Assembly: GCA_039801245.1 (NCBI GenBank)
Contig: JBDRUF010000003.1
Span: forward strand, 1-62,607
Reading direction: 5' to 3'
Length of the DNA stretch: 62,607 nucleotides
DNA from: a candidate division WOR-3 bacterium
GTDB lineage: Bacteria; Hydrothermota; Tepidihabitantia; Tepidihabitantales; Tepidihabitantaceae
Below are positions 7,213 through 14,045 of the stretch, piece by piece (the first letter of the stretch is position 1; the number at the start of each line of letters is the position of its first letter). The notes beneath the pieces were generated by a model. That model did not search any database, was not told the DNA's origin, and worked only from the letters and a program-made list of their open reading frames with translations. The translations under genes were made by a program, and so were the position numbers.

Positions 7213-10200
7213 TTAAGCGGGGTGATGGTATTCAGACAAAATGACCTCGCGGGGACCAGCGGTCTGAGCGGTGGTCTGCCCATATCGTTCGCGCAGGTGT
7301 TCGGGCGGGATGTGATGTTTGAGGATTGTTAGGACCTTTTGCGGGTCACGCCCGGTTTTCAGTTCCTCTTGGAGCGCTCTTAGAAGCCGGGAGCAGGTCC
7401 GTTTTGGGATACCACCCTCCTCCAGTTCCTTCTTCACCTGCAATAAATAGGCTTCACTGTCTTCGGTATAACCCTGATAGTTTCTGATTTCCGGGACTTT
7501 AAGGATATGCAAAATTCGGGTTGCCGCATCGCGGGAGCCCGGTGGATTGCGTTCTATTGACTCTTCTGCAGTTGCTGCGGCAAAGGCGCTTTTATTACTT
7601 TCAAGGAGGTCATGGTAGTCTGGACCAGGGGGAATCCGGGGTTCGGTTTCGGTTGCCTCAAGTCTCTCCGCCGCAGTTAAAAAGTCCAGTTCCTGGGGCT
7701 CCTTGCCGGGCTCAACCTGAAAGAATTTGGTCAACTTGCCTTTGCGGAAGAAGGTTATAAGAGCCGGTGCTAAAGAGTTGCTCTGGCGACCGGTGCGTGC
7801 TTTTTTCGGCAGGCGCTTGATGCGCTCAAACAGGTCGGGCTGGGTGTTGCGGATTGACTTGATAAGTTGCAGATATTTGAGTTCACTTTTTGCCTGTGGG
7901 TCTTCACCGGTTAAGGTCTGTTTGGACAATAGGCGGTTGAACAGTTCATAGGAGGTAATCTCCTCGCCTTCGGTGAGTAAGCGGGAGTCGGCGCCGAGCA
8001 TTGAGATGAAGCCGGCAATCTTTGCCTGTGCCGTCTCACGGAGTTTGATTTCGTCATTGGACTGTTCAGTGGGAAAGAAGTTGTAGGTGTAAATGGCGGC
8101 GTGTTTTGTGTCAACGCGGTTGACCCGACCGACACGCTGCATCAACCGGGTGGGGTTCCAGGGGATGTCATAACTGATGACCACATTCGCGCGGTGCAGG
8201 TTCACGCCTTCACCTAATACTTCGGTAGAGACAAGGATACGATACTCATCGCTGGGGTTGCGGGCACGGGCATCAAAATTGGCGGTAACCTTGGCTTTGA
8301 GTGCTGCGCCCGCAGAACCATAAAATTTAAGGACCTTGCCCGGATACTTCTCACCGAGTTTGTTGGAGAGATAATCGGCGGTCTCTTTGGATTCTGTAAA
8401 GATAATCAGTTTGGAGTTTTGCAGAACCGGGTCGGAATCAAGTAGTTCATTAAATGCCAGCCATTTCGGGTCGCGCTCAATTCCCGCCCAGGTTTGGGCG
8501 ATATCCTCCAGGATTTGCAGGTCGGAGGCAAGGTCTTGGCGGAAGTTGGGACTGAATGAGTCGGCGGGGTATCTTTCAACCCTACCTTCTTCAATTAGAC
8601 GCTCAATCCCTTCAATGTCGTCCTGTTCAAGAAGTTCAAACACCTTGCTGAAATGCTTCTTGCTGACATAGACATTTCCCTGGTCAAACGCCTGGATGAA
8701 GAGTCGGTATGACCTGATGAAGCGGTCGATGGTGAGCCGAAAAGCATAGAAACTGCTCTCAAGGCGTTTGACCAAGAGGATGCGCATAATGGTGCTTAAG
8801 TTTTTTTCTGACAGCCTTTCAATCTGGGTTACATCACCGGTATAATAGGATAGGGGCGTATAGCGGGCATATTTCAGGTCGCGAACCAGCCGGCGGAGGG
8901 TGTTGTTGAAAGCGGTATTTTCGGTTTCATTTAACTGATAGAAGACCGGTACCGGGTCTTTGACCTCGGGAAACCTGAGACCTCGTTGTTTTAAGTCTTC
9001 GGAAAAGTAGCGCTCAATTTCGGTGCGGGTGCGGCGCACAGTTAAATACCGGAGAACCTTCTCCCGGACCTCCTGGGCATTTTCTTTCACCACTTGGACA
9101 TATCTGTCGTATTCAGTCTGTCGGTCAAGTCCACGCAAACGCTGCTCCAATCGGTTGAAGAACCCCTCCAGATTGGGCAGGTTGGGAATTGTGCTGCGCC
9201 GTGCCTTCTGGAAAAGTTTTAGCATTGCTAAGATGTCACGGGGACGGTTGTTGTAGGGGGTGGCGGTAACAAGAACAACCTTGCGTCCCCGACAGATAAG
9301 GGAGAGCTGCTCATAACTTAGGGTGTCCTCAGTGCGAAAGCGGTGCGCCTCGTCAATAAAAACATTCGGGTAAGTTTTCGGGTCCTCATTCACCGCTTCT
9401 TCAAGTTTGCCAATTGACACAAAACGCGGACCACGGACGCCAAAGCCACGGAAAACCTCGGGCCAGGAGCCAGGGTTGTTTTCATCCAAGAGTGCTGGTG
9501 GCGCGATAACCAGGGAGCGACCCGGGAGTTCTGAGGCGAGCATTGCGGCAATGTAGGTTTTGCCCAGTCCCACCACATCGGCAATAATTACACCACCATA
9601 TTCCTCAAGGATGCGCTTGGCATTGAGCACCGCCTGTCTTTGATACTCAAGGTCAAGAAAACCCGGTGGTCGGTAGTCTTGAAATAACTCAGTGGGCTGG
9701 TCAAGTTCGTCACGAAAGTATTCGTAAAGCGTCTTGAGGTAAAGTTCATACGGAGTAATGGTGTCGCAGAGCCAGGTTTGCTTCTCAATTGTGTCAATGT
9801 AGGTCTGTTTAACATCTACCGACTTTTCCCAGAGTTCGTTGAACTTTCTCAAGGCAAATTCATAGTCGGCACGATTCTTTAGTTCCACATTGAATTCAAG
9901 GTTGTCAACCAGACCGGCTTGGGAGAAATTACTTGAGCCAGTGATAACCCTGCCAACATCCCGGTCGCCCTCGGAAAATGTCATAATATACAGTTTAGCG
10001 TGAATGTTGGCACTGGGATAGGCGCGGATTTCCAGTTTGCCTGAGCGGAGCCATTCAACGAACTTTCGAGCGCCAGTTTCAACGATTCGGTCATCAGCAG
10101 GTGCCTCAATTTCCAATTTCAGTGCCTTGGCAAACTCCTCTTTTGTCTCCTTGTGGGATAACTGAAGTCGTTGCGGGATGTTGTTTTTGGCTTCAGCAAT

Positions 10201-10452
10201 CAGGTTCGCAGTTACTGGGTTAGTTCCGATTCCGATGAGGATGCGGATGCGTTCGGTAGCGGATAAAGATTCGGCAAGGGCATAAAATCCACTGGTGTAA
10301 AAATAACCTATCAGGACATCAAAGAGGCGGGTGTCCTTGATAAGCATTTTAAAGCGGTCAAGCAGGGTGCGGTTGGGTTCGTTGGTAATGAAAGTTAAGT
10401 CAGTGCTCGCCTGTCTTTGACCTAAGTACGGGTTGTCAGATAGGGGAGGCAT
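7213..10452 (-). CDS. PLD-family (single HKD) nuclease domain fused to an SNF2-family helicase
   Basis: The HKD motif is HAKLYIMTF...GSSNFSQAG. SNF2 motifs are GLGKTYIA (I), FIDEAHRFR (II) and LVTATPYNN (III). The helicase-C region has STEVLGEGVNLH and YDIPWNPTRLMQRVGRVNR. I placed the start at ATG 10452 (MPPLSDNPYL) with AAGGAG 8 nt upstream; the track start at 10491 is a TTG. Confidence 0.85.
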   Translation of the reverse strand: MPPLSDNPYLGQRQASTDLTFITNEPNRTLLDRFKMLIKDTRLFDVLIGYFYTSGFYALAESLSATERIRILIGIGTNPVTANLIAEAKNNIPQRLQLSHKETKEEFAKALKLEIEAPADDRIVETGARKFVEWLRSGKLEIRAYPSANIHAKLYIMTFSEGDRDVGRVITGSSNFSQAGLVDNLEFNVELKNRADYEFALRKFNELWEKSVDVKQTYIDTIEKQTWLCDTITPYELYLKTLYEYFRDELDQPTELFQDYRPPGFLDLEYQRQAVLNAKRILEEYGGVIIADVVGLGKTYIAAMLASELPGRSLVIAPPALLDENNPGSWPEVFRGFGVRGPRFVSIGKLEEAVNEDPKTYPNVFIDEAHRFRTEDTLSYEQLSLICRGRKVVLVTATPYNNRPRDILAMLKLFQKARRSTIPNLPNLEGFFNRLEQRLRGLDRQTEYDRYVQVVKENAQEVREKVLRYLTVRRTRTEIERYFSEDLKQRGLRFPEVKDPVPVFYQLNETENTAFNNTLRRLVRDLKYARYTPLSYYTGDVTQIERLSEKNLSTIMRILLVKRLESSFYAFRLTIDRFIRSYRLFIQAFDQGNVYVSKKHFSKVFELLEQDDIEGIERLIEEGRVERYPADSFSPNFRQDLASDLQILEDIAQTWAGIERDPKWLAFNELLDSDPVLQNSKLIIFTESKETADYLSNKLGEKYPGKVLKFYGSAGAALKAKVTANFDARARNPSDEYRILVSTEVLGEGVNLHRANVVISYDIPWNPTRLMQRVGRVNRVDTKHAAIYTYNFFPTEQSNDEIKLRETAQAKIAGFISMLGADSRLLTEGEEITSYELFNRLLSKQTLTGEDPQAKSELKYLQLIKSIRNTQPDLFERIKRLPKKARTGRQSNSLAPALITFFRKGKLTKFFQVEPGKEPQELDFLTAAERLEATETEPRIPPGPDYHDLLESNKSAFAAATAEESIERNPPGSRDAATRILHILKVPEIRNYQGYTEDSEAYLLQVKKELEEGGIPKRTCSRLLRALQEELKTGRDPQKVLTILKHHIPPEHLRERYGQTTAQTAGPREVILSEYHHPA

Positions 10453-10625
10453 TAAAAGTGCTCCTTCTTTATTACGGTCTTCATTTGACAATCTTTAACT
10501 TTTTAATGTTAGACATCTTGTTACTTTTGTCAAGCGAAGGTTGAATTAGAGGCATCGGTGATGGCGCAACATCCATTAGGGGATAGGTGTGTCTATTTGT
10601 TAGAACCTTAAATTCGTCAGTTTCT

Positions 10626-10655
10626 TTGTCACTTTTTGCCGATGTTGCGTATAAT
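10626..10655 (+). promoter_or_regulatory. Sigma-70-type promoter TTGTCA-N18-TATAAT upstream of the sigma-factor gene
   Basis: TTGTCA at 10626-10631, an 18-nt spacer ending in TGCG, and TATAAT at 10650-10655. It is followed by a ~140-nt leader before the SD ggaaaggaggg. Confidence 0.5.
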
Positions 10656-10799
10656 ATAGTGAGGGCGAAAAATGGGGAAAGATATTAAATGGCGAGTAAA
10701 TTTTAATGGGTTTGGTCGTATCGGCCGGAATGTAGGTCGGTTGCTCCAAATCCACACCCCAGATTTATTTTTAAGGCATCAATTTGGAAAGGAGGGCGT

Positions 10800-11396
10800 A
10801 TGCCCATGCATTTGCCCCGGGATGCCGACCGAGATAGGGTTATGGCAATATACAACCCGGATGTTACAAGGAGGCTCATGGAGAAAGTTGTTCGGGGGTT
10901 TAAATTATGCGAGGCAGATGCTTTTGAGATAGTATCTATTGCACAGTCAAAGGCTTACCGCAAGTGGGAACGGTATAACCCCAAGAGGCTTGACATATTC
11001 GCCTGGCTATGGGTCATAACCAATAGGGTGGCAATAGACTGGTTGCGCAAGCACAAGGGTATCACTATCTGTAGCATCGACACTATTGAGGATTTAACCA
11101 CATCGCTTCATCCAACAAGCGAGGATCCAGCAGAGATTTACCGGCAGAAGGTAAGAAAAGAGCGATTATGGAGATTGCTCAACCAGTTGCCCATGATGGA
11201 GCGCTATGTTCTTATTCTCCATTATATGGATGGCTATTCCTATAAGAAGGTTGCCCAAAGATTCCATATCACACAGAGACAGGTGCGATATTTACAAGCC
11301 AAGGGTCTGGCAAGAATCAGACAGAGGTATGGCTTAAAGGAGGTAAGGAGAAATAAAGTGGAGACAAAGAGGGTAAAGCTCTCGAGAGCGGCTTAG
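10800..11396 (+). CDS. Sigma-70 family RNA polymerase sigma factor (ECF-like, regions 2 and 4 only)
   Basis: The region 2 candidate is FAWLWVITNRVAIDWLRKHK. The region 4 HTH is ERYVLILHYMDGYSYKKVAQRFHITQRQVRYLQAKGLARIRQ. The SD AGGAGGG lies 3 nt before the ATG. Confidence 0.8.
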   Translation: MPMHLPRDADRDRVMAIYNPDVTRRLMEKVVRGFKLCEADAFEIVSIAQSKAYRKWERYNPKRLDIFAWLWVITNRVAIDWLRKHKGITICSIDTIEDLTTSLHPTSEDPAEIYRQKVRKERLWRLLNQLPMMERYVLILHYMDGYSYKKVAQRFHITQRQVRYLQAKGLARIRQRYGLKEVRRNKVETKRVKLSRAA

Positions 11397-11429
11397 GTAA
11401 CCGTATAGAAAATAGAAAAAGGAGGTAAA

Positions 11430-11735
11430 TTGAGAAAGAGTTACCGCCGCTTGCGCTTGGGAATCTCCGACGCCGAACTGGATGTGATGGATAGATTCAT
11501 CCGGATGGTTAAGAGTTATCGGCGGGCGGGGACAAATTCCCAATGTTGCATTGTTAAAAAGTGCAAGACCGTAAGGCGCCCAAGTGTTGAGCAGTTCTTG
11601 AAGCGTTATCCTGATTTCGCTAAGACGCTCACACCGGTGCTGGAGGGTGCACTGATACTGGACGCCGAATTTAGGCGATTTCAGAGGAAATACCCGGATG
11701 TTGACTTGGAGAAACTGTTCAACGTCCCGAAGTAG
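11430..11735 (+). CDS. Hypothetical basic 101-aa protein immediately downstream of the sigma factor
   Basis: TTG start preceded by AGGAGG at 5-nt spacing, followed by an intrinsic terminator. No recognisable motif; it is not a classical HxxxCxxC anti-sigma. Confidence 0.5.
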   Translation: MRKSYRRLRLGISDAELDVMDRFIRMVKSYRRAGTNSQCCIVKKCKTVRRPSVEQFLKRYPDFAKTLTPVLEGALILDAEFRRFQRKYPDVDLEKLFNVPK

Positions 11736-11754
11736 CGGCAACAGTCGCTTAAAG

Positions 11755-11784
11755 AAGCCCCTGTTTATAGGGGCTTTTGTTTTT
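11755..11784 (+). terminator. Rho-independent terminator
   Basis: AAGCCCC-tgtttata-GGGGCTT followed by TTGTTTTT. Confidence 0.7.
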
Positions 11785-11812
11785 GGCAGATTCCTGATTT
11801 TGTGCGTATATA
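11783..11812 (+). promoter_or_regulatory. Sigma-70-type promoter TTGGCA-N18-TATATA for the gene at 11945
   Basis: TTGGCA at 11783-11788, an 18-nt spacer ending in TGCG, and TATATA at 11807-11812. Confidence 0.5.
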
Positions 11813-11944
11813 TGTATGGAAGCAAAGAAAGTAATGCTCTTTGACAATCAGGAGCTCCGCAGCAGACCTGACAGCGGGTCTGCTGCAGCGACAGCCGCCC
11901 CTTGCGGCAGGGGCGGCTACCGCCGCAGGAAGGAGGGATAAAAG

Positions 11945-12313
11945 ATGATTGATCTGATAAGGCGCATCACCAAGTGGACCAACAAGACCGACCCGCAGAA
12001 GATAGCGGCAACCCTTACCGGATTGCGGGAGATGATGATTGCCAATGTGCAGGCGACATTTCCTGAGATTGTGGCGATGGAGACCCAGGTGAAGCAGGTG
12101 CTTGATGGCGAGGGTGTGTCGGTGATTGACTATCCGTTCTACCTCTCGTTTGCCCGGGAGTTGTGGGCAAAGCAGCGGGCAGGGTTGTCTGGCGACTCAC
12201 TGGCGATTGAGGCTCAGACCTTAATCCAGAAGTGGGTTGCAAGGGGTCTTGCCCAGCCGGTTCTTGAGGTGATTCGCACCCAGGTGTTCAACATCTCACC
12301 GATTGGTCCATAA
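11945..12313 (+). CDS. Small helical protein, paralog family member C (unknown function)
   Basis: 122 aa with SD GGAAGGAGGG. About 36 of 72 aligned core residues are identical to the 52712 protein by eye (AME.Q..QVL...Y..YL.FAR.L.A..R.G.SG.S...A..L..KW.ARGL...VLE.IR..VF). Confidence 0.7.
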   Translation: MIDLIRRITKWTNKTDPQKIAATLTGLREMMIANVQATFPEIVAMETQVKQVLDGEGVSVIDYPFYLSFARELWAKQRAGLSGDSLAIEAQTLIQKWVARGLAQPVLEVIRTQVFNISPIGP

Positions 12314-12330
12314 CCGCGCTTAACAGGAAA

Positions 12331-12367
12331 AAGGGCGGGCGGGCTGTCACGCCCGTCCTTTTTATTT
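12331..12367 (+). terminator. Rho-independent terminator
   Basis: A 10-bp stem AAGGGCGGGC/GCCCGTCCTT (one G-U pair) with a 10-nt loop, followed by TTTATTT. Confidence 0.7.
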
Positions 12368-12395
12368 GACAGGGAGGCGGGTAAAAGGGTAAACT
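12366..12395 (+). promoter_or_regulatory. Promoter TTGACA-N18-TAAACT ending 8 nt before the rbsK ATG (leaderless-type)
   Basis: TTGACA at 12366-12371 and TAAACT at 12390-12395. There is no SD between the -10 and ATG 12404. Confidence 0.45.
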
Positions 12396-12403
12396 TTGTA
12401 ATT

Positions 12404-13324
12404 ATGAAGTCTGATAGACCAAAAATCTGTGTTGTTGGTTCGTTTATGACCGATATGGTTTTCAGGGTAAAGAGGCTGCCCAGACCGGGTGAGTCAATGC
12501 CAGGTGAGGAGTTCGGGCTTTTTTTGGGTGGTAAGGGTTTTAATCAGGCGGTTGCCTGCCATCGTCTCGGGGCTGAGGTTGTAATGGTGGGTAGATTGGG
12601 GCAGGACTATTTTGGCGATTTGTTTTTAGAAAAGATGGCAAAAGAGGGGATGAGAGCCGATTTTGTCAGGCGCGACCCGAAACAGGGGACCGGTGTTGCC
12701 TGTCCGATTGTTGATGAGAAGGGGCAGAATGCGATTATCGGGGTTTCGCGGGCAAACCTGCATTTAAGCCTTGAGCAGGTTGAGGAGGCAAGGAAAGAGA
12801 TTGAGGCGGCGGATGTTTTGATGCTGCAGTTTGAGATTCCGAAAGAGGTATCCTTTCGGGCAGCGGCGATTGCCAAGGATGCCGGGGCAGTTGTTTTGCT
12901 TGACCCGGCACCGTTTCATAATGTCCAGATGCCGATTGCTGAGGAGATTGACTATATCGTTCCCAATGAGATTGAGGCCGAGGGGCTTGCCCAGGGTAAA
13001 TCGGTTGACCTTTGGGCTGAGGGAGAAATTAGAAAGGGGAGGAAAGGGATAATCATCTCGGTGGGTGCCGAGGGTGCGATTGTTTATGACCAGAGGGGCA
13101 GGCGCAATTTTCCACCATATCAGGTGAAGGTTGTTGATTCTACTGGTGCGGGTGATGCGTTTCGCGCGGGGCTGGCGGTAAGTTTTGCCGAGGGCAAGAC
13201 GGTTGATGAGGCGATTCGGTTTGCCAATGGCTGCGGTGCGCTTGCCTGCTCGGTTTTGGGTGCTGAGCCGTCAATGCCAAGAAGGGAGCAGGTTGAGGAG
13301 TTTATCAGGCAAAGGGAGGGTTGA
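12404..13324 (+). CDS. rbsK: Ribokinase (PfkB family)
   Basis: GGKGFNQAVA and the C-terminal DSTGAGDAFRAG PfkB signatures; 306 aa. Confidence 0.85.
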   Translation: MKSDRPKICVVGSFMTDMVFRVKRLPRPGESMPGEEFGLFLGGKGFNQAVACHRLGAEVVMVGRLGQDYFGDLFLEKMAKEGMRADFVRRDPKQGTGVACPIVDEKGQNAIIGVSRANLHLSLEQVEEARKEIEAADVLMLQFEIPKEVSFRAAAIAKDAGAVVLLDPAPFHNVQMPIAEEIDYIVPNEIEAEGLAQGKSVDLWAEGEIRKGRKGIIISVGAEGAIVYDQRGRRNFPPYQVKVVDSTGAGDAFRAGLAVSFAEGKTVDEAIRFANGCGALACSVLGAEPSMPRREQVEEFIRQREG

Positions 13325-13980
13325 TGATATTGATTGACAGCGCTGATATTGAAGAGGTGAGGCAGGCGGTTGAGTTGGGCTTTGTGCGGGGCTGCACAAC
13401 CAATCCGGCGTTAATGGCAAAGGTTGGAGATGAGCCGGCAAAGGTGATTGAGGAAATATGCCAGGTTGTGCCTGGTCCGGTTTTTTATCAGTTGACAAAA
13501 GGTTCGGTTGAGGAAAGGGAGGTTGAGGCAAAGGAGTTTTATGAGATTGCCCCGGATAAGGTGGTGCTGAAGGTGCCGATGACCACTGAAAATATGGGGC
13601 TGGTGACAAGGCTGGTGCCAGAGATTCCCTGTGCGGCAACCGCGGTTTTCAGTGCCCATCAGACCGTTTTGGCGATTGAGGCGGGCTGTACCTATGTGAT
13701 TCCCTATGTGAACCGGGCAACAAGGTTATTGGGTGATGGGTTGAAGTTGGTGCGGGAGATGCTTGAGGTGATCAGGGCTGCGGGCAGACCGGTGGAGATT
13801 GTGGCGGCAAGTATCAAAACTCCAGAGGAGGCTGCTGGTGCCTTCCTTGCTGGTGCCCATCATCTGACTTTACCTCTGGATGTGATTCTTAATCTTGGTG
13901 AGCATCGGTTTTCCCGAGATGCGATTGCCGAGTTTGATAGGGTGATAAAGGAGCGGAATGGTTTTGAGTCCAGTGGTTGA
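13324..13980 (+). CDS. Transaldolase / fructose-6-phosphate aldolase family (short type)
   Basis: MILIDSADIEEVRQAVELGFVRGCTTNPALM with a KVP Schiff-base lysine region. ATG 13324 overlaps the rbsK stop (TGATG). Confidence 0.8.
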   Translation: MILIDSADIEEVRQAVELGFVRGCTTNPALMAKVGDEPAKVIEEICQVVPGPVFYQLTKGSVEEREVEAKEFYEIAPDKVVLKVPMTTENMGLVTRLVPEIPCAATAVFSAHQTVLAIEAGCTYVIPYVNRATRLLGDGLKLVREMLEVIRAAGRPVEIVAASIKTPEEAAGAFLAGAHHLTLPLDVILNLGEHRFSRDAIAEFDRVIKERNGFESSG

Positions 13981-14011
13981 TAAAATAAGGTGGATAACCA
14001 GCGATAAGACA

Positions 14012-14040
14012 TTGACACTTGTAAGGGGAGATTATATTAT
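14012..14040 (+). promoter_or_regulatory. Promoter TTGACA-N17-TATTAT ending 5 nt before ATG 14046 (leaderless-type)
   Basis: TTGACA at 14012-14017 and TATTAT at 14035-14040. Confidence 0.45.
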
Positions 14041-14045
14041 AGATT

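Noticed and set aside
2942-10491. Calling the MTase/helicase module BREX or DISARM
   Set aside because: The defining partners are absent from the operon and its flanks: BrxA/B/C, PglZ and BrxL for BREX; DrmA and DrmB (DUF1998) for DISARM. Only domain-level resemblance exists.
10672-10932. 86-aa ORF with a GAGGG SD in the sigma-factor leader, overlapping the sigma gene out of frame
   Set aside because: The SD would sit at or upstream of the predicted transcription start (the -10 ends at 10655). The product has no recognisable features and overlaps the well-supported sigma ORF by 133 nt. A short regulatory uORF cannot be excluded.
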